Below, one piece after another: positions 17,608 to 26,501 of a stretch of DNA of 64,000 nt. Source of the stretch: an uncultured Myxococcales bacterium (GTDB lineage: Bacteria > Myxococcota_A > UBA9042); contig CAISBR010000081.1 in the NCBI GenBank assembly GCA_903883645.1, forward strand, positions 2,833-66,832. Reading direction: 5' to 3'. How positions within the stretch are numbered: the stretch's first letter is position 1; each line of letters starts with the position of its first letter. Position numbers and translations under genes: made by a program. Under the pieces are notes generated by a model. That model searched no databases and was not told where the DNA came from. It saw only the letters and a program-made list of their open reading frames with translations.

Positions 17608-19290
17608 TTAAATCACCAGCGTCTCTTGGTGGCGGCCGAACACTTCGCGCAGCGTCGCGCTGATTTCGCCAGTCGTCGCACGGGCTTTCGCCGCCTGCAC
17701 CATCGCGTCCATCACATTTTGGCCACCTTGCGCGGCCGCTCGCAGATTCGCCAATGCTTCGGTGTGCTTAACAGGGTCGCGCGTCGCCCGCAGCTGCTGC
17801 ACCCGGGCAATCTGCTGGCGCTCCACCTCGGGGTCAACCTTGAGCACCGGCATCGGCGCCTCGTTCTCGACCTGGAACTTGTTGACACCTACGATGATTT
17901 GCTCGCCCCTCTCGACTGCAAGCTGCCACCGGTAGGCCGAGTCCTGGATCTCGCGCTGCGGATAGCCCTTCTCGATCGCCGCGACCATGCCGCCCATCTC
18001 GTCGATTCGGCTCAGGTATTCGCGGGCCTTCTTCTCGAGCGCGTCGGTCCACTGCTCGATCAAGTAACTGCCGGCCAGCGGATCGACCGCATCGGCCACG
18101 CCCGACTCATAGGCAATAATCTGCTGAGTTCGCAAGGCAATTTGCGCACTCGCCTCGGTCGGCAGCCCCAGCGCCTCGTCGCGCGAGTTGGTGTGCAGCG
18201 ACTGCGTACCGCCCAACACCGCCGCAAGTGCCTGAAGTGTCACGCGAACAATGTTGTTATCGGGCTGCTGCGCCGTCAGCATCGAGCCGGCGGTCTGGGT
18301 ATGAAAGCGCAGCTTGCACGACTCGTCGCTCTGCGCGCCAAAACGCTCGCGCATGATCGTGGCCCACAGCCGCCGCGCCGCACGGAACTTGGCGACTTCT
18401 TCCAAGAAATTGTTATGGCCATTAAAGAAGAACGCCAGTCGACCCGCAAAATCGTCGATGTCGAGGCCCGCGTCGAGCGCCGCCTGCACATAGGCCATAC
18501 CATCGCCCAGCGTAAAGGCAATTTCTTGCGCGGCATCGCAGCCCGCCTCGCGCACGTGGTAGCCCGAGATCGAGATCGTGTTCCACTTGGGCACATTTTG
18601 GCCGCACCAGGCGAACAGGTCGGTAATCAGGCGCATCGACGGCCGCGGCGGGTAGATCCAGGTGCCGCGCGCCATGTATTCCTTCAAGATATCGTTCTGC
18701 ACAGTGCCCGTCAGCACGCTGGGCGGCAGGCCCCGCTCTTCGGCCACCGCCACCAAGAAGGCCAGCAGCGTCGTCGCGGTCGAGTTGATGGTCATCGACA
18801 CGCTGACCTTGTCGAGCGGCAGATCCTGCATCAAAACATGCATATCCTCTACGCTCGCGATCGACACGCCGACCTTACCGACCTCGCCCAGCGCCATTGC
18901 ATCGCCCGGGTCGTAGCCCATCTGCGTCGGCAGATCGAAAGCCACCGATAGCCCCGTTTGGCCGCGCTGCAAAAGGTAGCGGTAGCGCTGGTTCGACTCG
19001 GCGGCTGTGCCAAAACCTGCGTATTGTCGCATAGTCCAGAGCCGTCCGCGGTACATGGTCGCCTGCACGCCGCGCGTATACGGGTACTGACCGGGCAAGC
19101 CAAGCTGGCTCAGGTACTGCGGATCATCGCCCGCAGGCAGCGCCAAGTCGGCGACCTCCTCGCCAGTCGAGCGAGTAAACTCGGCGCGCCGCAAACCTTT
19201 TTTCTTAGCCGCAGCCAGCAGCCGGCCGGCCCAAGCCTGCTGCGCTTGCTGTACGGTCGGGCTCAGCGGCGAAGATTGGTGTTCCGTCAT
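17608..19290 (-). CDS. Methylmalonyl-CoA-mutase-family acyl-CoA mutase, catalytic (TIM-barrel) subunit only, with no C-terminal B12-binding domain
   Basis: 560 aa with a canonical MCM N-terminal region ([59 protein letters not shown]). It ends before any DxHxxG/Rossmann B12 module, as in the IcmA/MCM-alpha split forms. Confidence 0.85.
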   Translation of the reverse strand: MTEHQSSPLSPTVQQAQQAWAGRLLAAAKKKGLRRAEFTRSTGEEVADLALPAGDDPQYLSQLGLPGQYPYTRGVQATMYRGRLWTMRQYAGFGTAAESNQRYRYLLQRGQTGLSVAFDLPTQMGYDPGDAMALGEVGKVGVSIASVEDMHVLMQDLPLDKVSVSMTINSTATTLLAFLVAVAEERGLPPSVLTGTVQNDILKEYMARGTWIYPPRPSMRLITDLFAWCGQNVPKWNTISISGYHVREAGCDAAQEIAFTLGDGMAYVQAALDAGLDIDDFAGRLAFFFNGHNNFLEEVAKFRAARRLWATIMRERFGAQSDESCKLRFHTQTAGSMLTAQQPDNNIVRVTLQALAAVLGGTQSLHTNSRDEALGLPTEASAQIALRTQQIIAYESGVADAVDPLAGSYLIEQWTDALEKKAREYLSRIDEMGGMVAAIEKGYPQREIQDSAYRWQLAVERGEQIIVGVNKFQVENEAPMPVLKVDPEVERQQIARVQQLRATRDPVKHTEALANLRAAAQGGQNVMDAMVQAAKARATTGEISATLREVFGRHQETLVI

Positions 19291-19293
19291 GGT

Positions 19294-20325
19294 CTACACT
19301 CCCGTTGGTCCATCTGGCGTTGTTCCATCTGGCGTTGTTCCATCTGGCGTTGTTCCATCTGGCGCGGCGACGTCTACAGGAGCGGGCGGGCGATCACCGC
19401 CGCGGTTGCCCACTACTGCGCCCCAGTCATTATCGCCAAAATCATGATCTTCGGGCCAAAACTCGGCAGGTGGCGGGCAGTAATAGCGCCGCGGCTGCCC
19501 CGTCGCCGGCTCGATTAGGCCCAAAGCGGCCGCGTGCAACGCAATGCGCCCCCGGTGCGGCCCGGTGGGATCGCCATACAGCCGGTCGCCCAGCAGCGGC
19601 CCGATCGCCCACGCCACATGCAGACGAATCTGATGCGTGCGCCCGGTGTCCAGCGCCAATTCGAGCAGCGACAGTTGCCGTTTAGCATCATAAGCCAGCG
19701 GATTTACCCATGTATGCGCCGGCATGCCGGTCGCCGTCAGCGCCATCCGCCCCGGCTCGATCTCGTCGACAGGCTCGTCGATGTCCATCACCCCTGGAGC
19801 ACGGCCGGTACGGGCAACGGCCAAGTAGCGGCGACGGGCGCGATGGCTCCGAAATTGTTCAGCAAGATCGGCAGCAGTCTCCCGATCGAGGGCGTAGACC
19901 ACCAGCCCCGAGGCATCGCGGTCAAGTCGATGAATTTCGCCAAGATACGTGTGCGGGCCCAGCTCGCGCTGCAGGCGCAGATTCAGCGCATCACCCCCGC
20001 GCGGCGGTGGTTGCGTGGGCAGGCCCGCCGGCTTGTTCACAATCCACAGGTGCGCATCGCGGTAAATCGTAACGATCTTGCCGGCATCAATGTCACGCCG
20101 CTCGGCCGGAGCCTGAGGCTGCACCCGCACTTGCTGCCCCTCTACCACGTGCACGCCGGGCTCGCGCACGCGCAGGCCCGCCACATATACCGCGCCGTCA
20201 CGGATCAAGTATTGGGCCTTGCCGCGACTCCATTGCAGCGCGGAGCTGACCGCGACGTCGAGCCGCATCGGCGATTGCACTGCAAACTCAACGGGCTGTT
20301 GATCTATTTCGCCAGTGGGACCCAT
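19294..20325 (-). CDS. RluA-family 23S rRNA pseudouridine synthase (RluD-like, S4 domain) with a C-terminal PDGTT x4 repeat tail
   Basis: From Met245 of the listed ORF (MGPTGEIDQQ...). It has an S4-like N-terminus, the catalytic HRLDRDASGLVVYA motif, and HQIRLH. The first 244 aa of the listed ORF are a spurious extension. Confidence 0.8.
   Translation of the reverse strand: MGPTGEIDQQPVEFAVQSPMRLDVAVSSALQWSRGKAQYLIRDGAVYVAGLRVREPGVHVVEGQQVRVQPQAPAERRDIDAGKIVTIYRDAHLWIVNKPAGLPTQPPPRGGDALNLRLQRELGPHTYLGEIHRLDRDASGLVVYALDRETAADLAEQFRSHRARRRYLAVARTGRAPGVMDIDEPVDEIEPGRMALTATGMPAHTWVNPLAYDAKRQLSLLELALDTGRTHQIRLHVAWAIGPLLGDRLYGDPTGPHRGRIALHAAALGLIEPATGQPRRYYCPPPAEFWPEDHDFGDNDWGAVVGNRGGDRPPAPVDVAAPDGTTPDGTTPDGTTPDGPTGV
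19310..19366. repeat. 15-bp perfect tandem repeat (CCATCTGGCGTTGTT, about 3.8 copies) inside the 3' end of the rluA-like gene
   Basis: Read directly from the sequence. It encodes the PDGTTPDGTTPDGTTPDG tail. Confidence 0.9.
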
Positions 20326-20418
20326 CGTCACGTTCCTATCCGGGCCAAGGCGGGCCGGGCGCGCTCTGCGGCGACAACCCCGCCGGTGCACAAAGTTTTT
20401 GTCTAGGTCACTGCCGGT

Positions 20419-20447
20419 TTGGCAAACTGCCTCACCTGCCGTATCAT
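20419..20447 (+). promoter_or_regulatory. Candidate sigma70-type promoter TTGGCA-N17-TATCAT for the hypothetical/glycosyltransferase operon
   Basis: Hexamers at 20419-20424 and 20442-20447 with 17-nt spacing, about 130 bp upstream of the ATG at 20576, in a divergent intergenic region. Confidence 0.3.
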
Positions 20448-20575
20448 GCCCCTTAGTCGTCGCGCGGGTCCAGCGTCGGAGCAGGCCTCGCCAGAATGAC
20501 CACGCCGAGCCGGTCACTCTGAGCGGATCACCCTGAGCGGCCCCAACCGGTAGAACGCGCGCAGCCGGAGTTGAA

Positions 20576-21460
20576 GTGGCGAACCCCCCGATCACCAATT
20601 TCGCAGTCGAACCCGATGTGCCGAACGACCCCCTCGCAGCGGCCGAAGGTCCCGAGTGGGCCCGTGCGCGCCACATGGCCGTGCTGGGCCTGCCTCTCGA
20701 CGAGCGCACTCTCAGCCTGCTCGCGGCGCTAGAGCACATCGATCTGCTCGTGCCTACCCGCGCAGAGGCCGCCACCAGGACCGTGCGCGTGCGGCAGCAG
20801 ACCGAAGAGTTGCCCGCCGCCGCAGTGGACGTGGCCGCAGCCCTCGACAGCGACCTAGCAGACGAACTGCCCGACGATATTGCTGAGGCGATTGAGCTTT
20901 CGCCGGATGAAGTGAGCGACGCTGGCTTTGCGCCGCCCGCCCCCGACGACGAGACGCTGCCCCAGACGATCAAGATGCCGCAGTTTGCGACGGCCGATAC
21001 CATCGTGCTGTCGGGCCCGGAGATCAAGCGCAAGATTCGCCATAAGCAATCGATCATGCCCAGTTACGTGGCGCAAGTGCTGTACGAAGACATCGGCGCT
21101 CTGTTCGAAATTGGGGATCGCGAAGGCGCGTTGGTATCCCTCGAGCGGCTGCTCGTGGTGGCGCCCATTACCCCGCAAATTGAGAGCTTCTTGGAGCATA
21201 ACGAGGCGCGGCTCGTCGAATACTACGAGTCGGTCCTCGGTCCATGGACGCGCACGGGGCGGCTGCGCGAGGGCGAGACGGCACTGCCCGGGGCGTTCTA
21301 TAGCTTTGAGAAGGTCGCCCAGTTGGTGCGCCACCTCGACGGTACGCTGCCTCTCGGTGAGGTGATCGCGCGCTCGGGTCTGCGCAACATCGAGGCGTGC
21401 TCCGTGCTGTCGCAGCTGTCGCGCTCGTCGAGCCTCGACCTGTCGGACAAGCCCGCTTAG
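20576..21460 (+). CDS. Hypothetical acidic protein (acidic N-terminal half, structured C-terminal domain)
   Basis: 294-aa ORF with sustained coding potential. It is followed 4 nt later by the GT4 gene, so is probably co-transcribed. No confident family assignment. Confidence 0.5.
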   Translation: MANPPITNFAVEPDVPNDPLAAAEGPEWARARHMAVLGLPLDERTLSLLAALEHIDLLVPTRAEAATRTVRVRQQTEELPAAAVDVAAALDSDLADELPDDIAEAIELSPDEVSDAGFAPPAPDDETLPQTIKMPQFATADTIVLSGPEIKRKIRHKQSIMPSYVAQVLYEDIGALFEIGDREGALVSLERLLVVAPITPQIESFLEHNEARLVEYYESVLGPWTRTGRLREGETALPGAFYSFEKVAQLVRHLDGTLPLGEVIARSGLRNIEACSVLSQLSRSSSLDLSDKPA

Positions 21461-21463
21461 CTG

Positions 21464-22696
21464 ATGCCGAGTATTCTGATTGTCAGTGCCTACTTGGCGC
21501 CAGCCCAGGCCGTGGGAGCCCGGCGAGCGGAGCGGATGGCGACCCATCTGCAGGCCCGTGGCTGGCAGGTCACCGTGCTGACCCTGCGGCCCGAGTACAC
21601 CCCGCCCAGTGATCCCAGCCGGGAAGAACTGCAGAATATCGATGTAATTCGAACGCATGCCTTGATGCCCTTGGCCTGGGGCCGTTTGCTGCGCGAGCGG
21701 TACCGGGCTGCGCAAGGCGGTTCGCGAGCGCGGGTGGCCAGCCAAGGCGCAAGTCCGGCGCAAAGCGGGCGGTCGCGGCTGCAGGGGCTCCGCGAGAAGG
21801 TGCTGTTCCCCGATGAATTCAACGGCTGGCTGCCATTTGCCCTGCAAGCCGTGGCCGCACGCCGCTTCGACGTGGTCCTTGGCACGCTGCCGCCGTTTAC
21901 AGTCGGCGTGGTTGCGCGGGCGGTGGCCGAGCGCTGCCGGGCCAAGCTCGTGCTCGACTACCGTGATCCATGGGGTGATCTGAATCAAATTACCCGTCTT
22001 GAGCCCGTGTTGCGCGACCGCCACGGCCGCCTCGAAGACCGGGGACTCCGCCAAGCAGCGCTCGTGGTCGCGGTCACGCCGGTGCTAGCCGAGCAGCTGG
22101 CGCGGCGTACAACGGCACCCGTGGTCGAGATTGCCAATGCGGTCGACAGGGTACCCGAGCACTTGGTGTGCGGGCCCGAGTCAACGCTGGCCTATGCCGG
22201 CAGCTTGGCGTATGGGCGGTCGGTGGCGCCGCTGATGGCCGCAATGGCCGACTTATCGAGTGGCGGCAACGATTTGCAGCTTGTCTATGCAGGACCCGAT
22301 GGCGCCGCCGCCCGGGCCGCGGCTGGTCCGCACGCGGCGCGTCTACGCGATCTTGGCCCCGTGTCGGGCGCCCGCGCTGCGGCCCTTGTCGAGCAGGCGC
22401 GCGCGGGCCTCGTCCTGGCGTCGCCCGACTACCTCTACGCCTATCCCGGCAAGATCTTCGACATTTTGAATGCCTCCCGGCCGATCCTGCTGGTTGGCCC
22501 CGCGCGAAGCGCAGCCGCCGCGCTCGTGCGTCGCCACAACTTGGGCTGGGCCGTGGCCGACGACGACGATGCGGGGATGCGCCAAGCCCTGAGTGAGCTC
22601 GCAGCTGGCCGCAGCTTCACGCCCGTTCATCTTGACGAACTGTCTACCCAGACGACCATGGATCGGCTCGACCTTGAGCTGCGCAATCTGCTGTAA
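21464..22696 (+). CDS. Glycosyltransferase, GT4-like (GT-B fold)
   Basis: 410 aa. Two Rossmann-like halves and a C-terminal EX7E-like region typical of family-4 glycosyltransferases. The family call is moderate. Confidence 0.6.
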   Translation: MPSILIVSAYLAPAQAVGARRAERMATHLQARGWQVTVLTLRPEYTPPSDPSREELQNIDVIRTHALMPLAWGRLLRERYRAAQGGSRARVASQGASPAQSGRSRLQGLREKVLFPDEFNGWLPFALQAVAARRFDVVLGTLPPFTVGVVARAVAERCRAKLVLDYRDPWGDLNQITRLEPVLRDRHGRLEDRGLRQAALVVAVTPVLAEQLARRTTAPVVEIANAVDRVPEHLVCGPESTLAYAGSLAYGRSVAPLMAAMADLSSGGNDLQLVYAGPDGAAARAAAGPHAARLRDLGPVSGARAAALVEQARAGLVLASPDYLYAYPGKIFDILNASRPILLVGPARSAAAALVRRHNLGWAVADDDDAGMRQALSELAAGRSFTPVHLDELSTQTTMDRLDLELRNLL

Positions 22697-22702
22697 CTGC
22701 AA

Positions 22703-23527
22703 CTAAATCGGACAGTCGTGCCCTTCAGCCGCCGCCATGACCGGAATGTTGATGCCGCTCTGTGCTTCGGCCAACATCGTCACAATTCCCTCGTCGTCGC
22801 AACCGGGAGCGTGGTGGGTCAGGCACAGGCGCTTGACCTGGGCCACGGTCGCCATCTCGAGCGCCTGCGCCAGCGTCGAGCCGCCCCAGCGCAACTTCAG
22901 CTCATTCGGCACCTTCCACGTGCAGTCGTGCAAGAGCAGGTCGGCACCGCGGGCAAAGTCGGCCGCGCGCTGCAAAATCGTGCCCGTCGGGTGGTCGATG
23001 CCGGTCATCAGCACCACATCGCGCCCGTCGGCGCTTACCCGCCACGCCGCACCGCTGCCATGTCCGTGGGGCACGCAGAGTTGTTGAACGCGGAATTCAC
23101 CAATCGCAATGTCGCGGTCGCACAGGTCGCTGATCGTGAGCGTCGCGCCTAGATTATCCAGGCTGTTGATGGGGCACACATGCGAGTCGAACAAATCGTC
23201 GAGCACTCCGCGCAGCGAAGTCTGTGATGCAGCACCATAAATATCGATCTTGTTGCCGGGGATGAAGGCCGGAACAAAGAACGGCAGCCCAGCAGTGTGG
23301 TCCAGGTGAGTGTGGGTGAGCAGGACCGACAAGTGCCCATTTCCACGGCCAAATTCTTGCGCCATCAGCGCCCGACCAAAGGGGATCGCCCCCGTGCCCA
23401 GGTCGACCAGCAGCCGTGATCCGCTATCGCTTATCACCTCGATAGCTGCGGTATTGCCGCCGTAGCACTGGGTCGCGGCAGATGCCACCGGATAGAAGCC
23501 GCGGACGCCCCAGAAGTGCAGCTTCAT
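22703..23527 (-). CDS. MBL-fold metallo-hydrolase
   Basis: THTHLDH (HxHxDH) zinc motif. It is a paralog of the upstream gene. Confidence 0.8.
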   Translation of the reverse strand: MKLHFWGVRGFYPVASAATQCYGGNTAAIEVISDSGSRLLVDLGTGAIPFGRALMAQEFGRGNGHLSVLLTHTHLDHTAGLPFFVPAFIPGNKIDIYGAASQTSLRGVLDDLFDSHVCPINSLDNLGATLTISDLCDRDIAIGEFRVQQLCVPHGHGSGAAWRVSADGRDVVLMTGIDHPTGTILQRAADFARGADLLLHDCTWKVPNELKLRWGGSTLAQALEMATVAQVKRLCLTHHAPGCDDEGIVTMLAEAQSGINIPVMAAAEGHDCPI

Positions 23528-24456
23528 GATGCAACCCGTCTGGCCGGCGCGGCACCGCCGATCCGGAGCACCATGCCTTCGCGCGCAGTGGTCACTTCAA
23601 GACCGACTTGCCGACCCAAGTTGGCGTACAGGCCCGACATTTGGTCCAAGATCGCGTCGTTGTGATTGGGCGCGTGATGGTAGAGCACCAGCTGCCGGAT
23701 GCCGATGCCGGTACAGAGCGCCAAGGCCTGGTCGGGCGTCGAGTGGCCGTAATGGGGAAATTTGGCGTACTCTTCGGGGGTAAAGTGGGTGTCGTAGATA
23801 ACAGTGTCGCAGCCACGAATCGCGCGCACGACGCCGTCTCGCATCTCTTGCAGTTCTAGACCGTCCGCCTCGCTAATGGGTTCAAGTCCATGCAAGAAAT
23901 GCTTTTTATGCAGCACTTCGGTGAACGGGGCCGTGTCGCAGACATAGGCGCACGAGGTGCCATCGGCGTCGATGCGGTAGCCCATTGCACCCGACGGGTG
24001 GTTGAGGCGAAATGCCGTAACGCGAAAGGATTGGGGCGTAAACGTCTCGTCGGCCAAGACTTCGTGAAAGTCGAATGGTGCCGCAAAGTCGTCGAGCGCG
24101 GCGGGGAAGAATTCGTGGCGCGCCACACCGGCCAGCACTTTGGCCAGCGGCTTGGCCGTGTCGGGCATAGCGTGGATCGAGATGCGAGCGCGCGAGTCGT
24201 AAGCCGGGGCAAAGAATGGCAAGCCCTGAATGTGATCCCAGTGCAGATGCGACAGCAGAATATGATGCGTGCCAGCGAGTTGCCCGCGGCTCATCAAGTG
24301 GTCGCCAAGGCGCGTGAGGCCGGTACCGGCGTCGACAACAAGTCGCTCGCCGCCGTCAGCCAGCACCTCGACACACGAAGTGTTGCCACCGTATCGAACT
24401 GTCTCGGGGGCAGGCGTGGGATAACTCCCTCGCACACCCCAAAACGTTACTTCCAC
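23524..24456 (-). CDS. MBL-fold metallo-hydrolase (paralog)
   Basis: SHLHWDH motif. Its N-terminus is similar to the downstream paralog (M.VTFWGVRGSYP / MKLHFWGVRGFYP). There is a 4-bp overlap with the next gene. Confidence 0.8.
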   Translation of the reverse strand: MEVTFWGVRGSYPTPAPETVRYGGNTSCVEVLADGGERLVVDAGTGLTRLGDHLMSRGQLAGTHHILLSHLHWDHIQGLPFFAPAYDSRARISIHAMPDTAKPLAKVLAGVARHEFFPAALDDFAAPFDFHEVLADETFTPQSFRVTAFRLNHPSGAMGYRIDADGTSCAYVCDTAPFTEVLHKKHFLHGLEPISEADGLELQEMRDGVVRAIRGCDTVIYDTHFTPEEYAKFPHYGHSTPDQALALCTGIGIRQLVLYHHAPNHNDAILDQMSGLYANLGRQVGLEVTTAREGMVLRIGGAAPARRVAS

Positions 24457-24657
24457 CCAAAGACCTCCGTTCGATGTGGGTCACTCGAAAGGGCACCGAC
24501 GCGGGGCGATCGGGGCTCGTGCCGAGACTGTAACGACCCGTGAGTTGTATCGCAAGCTGTCGGCGGCACATCCCGGCAACTTCAGCAAATTCCGCTCGGC
24601 ACGTGACGCGAACATGACAGCGGCGCTGCTGGCTTGGGGCCGGCGCCTTCTAGCTGT

Positions 24658-24672
24658 TTTTACTTAGTAAAA
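24658..24672. promoter_or_regulatory. AT-rich perfect palindrome TTTTACT-t-AGTAAAA upstream of pntA
   Basis: Read from the sequence. It lies about 210 bp upstream of the pntA start codon (24882) in an otherwise GC-rich intergenic region. Confidence 0.3.
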
Positions 24673-24881
24673 TATCGTTGGTCGGCACCGACCGGCCATG
24701 GGTGTCGCGATGCCCTCCGCCAGGGTTCGACCAGAAATATTCTGCAACAGGGTCGCAATGCAAGGTTTTTTTCGCGATCCATCATTTCGTCGGCGGTTTG
24801 ACTTGTGGCAGCGGTCGCCCCAAACTCCGGCCGCCTCGGAGCGCCTGCGTGGCGCACTGGGCCCCAGCCCGCGAGAAACTC

Positions 24882-26489
24882 ATGCGCATCGCCATTCCCA
24901 AAGAATCCTACCCCGGTGAACGCCGGGTGGCCGCCAGCCCCGAAAGCGTCAAGAAGCTGAAAGGCCTTGGCTTTTCGGTCGTAGTCGAAAGCGGCGCCGG
25001 CGAGACGGCTCACTACCCCGACCGGCTCTACGTCGCCGCTGGGGCTGAGATCGAGAGTGATCCCAAAGCGTTGTATGCCAACGCCCAGATCCTGCTCAAG
25101 GTCCGGCCGCCGTGTGAGCGCGACGGGGTTGGCCACGAGATCGACCTGCTCAAGCCGGGCTCCACGCTGCTGAGCTTTATCTATCCGGCCCGCTCGCCCG
25201 AGCTTCTGCAACGGCTAAATGCCAACAAAATCCAGTGCTTAGCGATGGACATGGTGCCGCGCATCTCGCGCGCCCAGAAGCTCGACGCGCTGAGTTCAAT
25301 GGCCAACATCGCCGGTTACCGCGCGGTGATCTTGGCGGCCAACCACTTCGGCTCGTTCTTCTGCGGCCAGATGACGGCGGCGGGCAAGGTCGCGCCGGCC
25401 AAGGTGCTGGTGATCGGCGCAGGCGTGGCGGGCCTAGCGGCGCTGGGTGCGGCCAAGGGCCTGGGCGCGATCGTCCGGTCGTTTGATACCCGGCCGGCGG
25501 TGCGCGATCAGGTCAAGTCGATGGGCGCCGAGTTCCTCGAAGTGACCATCGAAGAAGACGGCGAGGGTACGGGCGGTTACGCCAAAGAGATGAGCCCCGC
25601 GTTCATCGCCGCCGAGATGGAGCTGTTCCGCCAGCAGGCCAAAGAGGTCGACATCGTCATCACGACGGCGCTGATCCCCAACAAGGCAGCGCCCAAGCTG
25701 TGGCTGAAAGACATGGTCGGGCTGATGAAGCCGGGCTCTGTTGTGGTTGATCTGGCTGCGGAATCGGGCGGCAACTGCGAGTACACGCGCGCCGACGAAG
25801 TCGTGGTCGAGCACGGCGTAACCATTCTTGGCCCCACGGATTTGCCCAGTCAGTTGGCCACCACGGCGAGCCAGCTGTACGCGCAGAATCTGGTGCACAT
25901 GCTGAGCGACATCGGCGGTGCCAAGGCCGAGAAAGACGGGATTTTGGGCCTGAATCTCGAAGACGAGGTCGTGCGCGGCGCCCTGGTAACGCAAAACGGC
26001 GAAGTGACTTGGCCGCCACCGGTGCGCCCTGCTCCCCCGGCGCCAGCTGTAAAGCCTGCGGCGGCGACTGCGGCTCCTGCCAAGTCGGGCCACGGCGGTC
26101 ACGGCGCGGCGCCAGCTCCAGCGGGTCCGGCGAGCAAGGCCGGCTTGACCTGGGGCGCTATCGGCGCGGTTCTGCTGATGTTTGGAGCCGCCCAGATGGG
26201 CCACGACGCCGGCCCCGTGCATTTTATGCAACAGCTGACCGTGTTTGCGCTGTCGTGCTTTGTGGGCTTTCAAGTGATTTGGAGTGTGGCGCCTGCGCTT
26301 CACACCCCGCTAATGGCCGTAACCAATGCCATTTCTGGCGTGATCGTGGTGGGCGGCATGCTGCACCTGCACGGTAAAGCCCATGGTCCTGCGCTGATTC
26401 TGGCCCTGCTGGCCGTGTTGTTCGCCACGGTCAATATCGGCGGCGGCTTCTTGGTAACCCAGCGTATGCTAAAGATGTTCCGCAAGTAA
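24882..26489 (+). CDS. pntA: NAD(P) transhydrogenase subunit alpha (full-length form with C-terminal membrane domain)
   Basis: From MRIAIPKESYPGERRVA. It has the alanine-dehydrogenase/PNT NAD-binding domain (VLVIGAGVAGLAA) and a C-terminal 4-TM segment. It is followed by pntB. Confidence 0.9.
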   Translation: MRIAIPKESYPGERRVAASPESVKKLKGLGFSVVVESGAGETAHYPDRLYVAAGAEIESDPKALYANAQILLKVRPPCERDGVGHEIDLLKPGSTLLSFIYPARSPELLQRLNANKIQCLAMDMVPRISRAQKLDALSSMANIAGYRAVILAANHFGSFFCGQMTAAGKVAPAKVLVIGAGVAGLAALGAAKGLGAIVRSFDTRPAVRDQVKSMGAEFLEVTIEEDGEGTGGYAKEMSPAFIAAEMELFRQQAKEVDIVITTALIPNKAAPKLWLKDMVGLMKPGSVVVDLAAESGGNCEYTRADEVVVEHGVTILGPTDLPSQLATTASQLYAQNLVHMLSDIGGAKAEKDGILGLNLEDEVVRGALVTQNGEVTWPPPVRPAPPAPAVKPAAATAAPAKSGHGGHGAAPAPAGPASKAGLTWGAIGAVLLMFGAAQMGHDAGPVHFMQQLTVFALSCFVGFQVIWSVAPALHTPLMAVTNAISGVIVVGGMLHLHGKAHGPALILALLAVLFATVNIGGGFLVTQRMLKMFRK

Positions 26490-26501
26490 CGGGAGTAGAC
26501 C

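Noticed and set aside
19294-21057. Full 587-aa listed ORF for the rluA region
   Set aside because: Only the C-terminal ~343 aa (from Met245) look like an RluA-family enzyme. The N-terminal 244 aa are Ser/Ala/Arg-rich read-through that would overlap the divergent promoter and the 5' end of the plus-strand gene at 20576.
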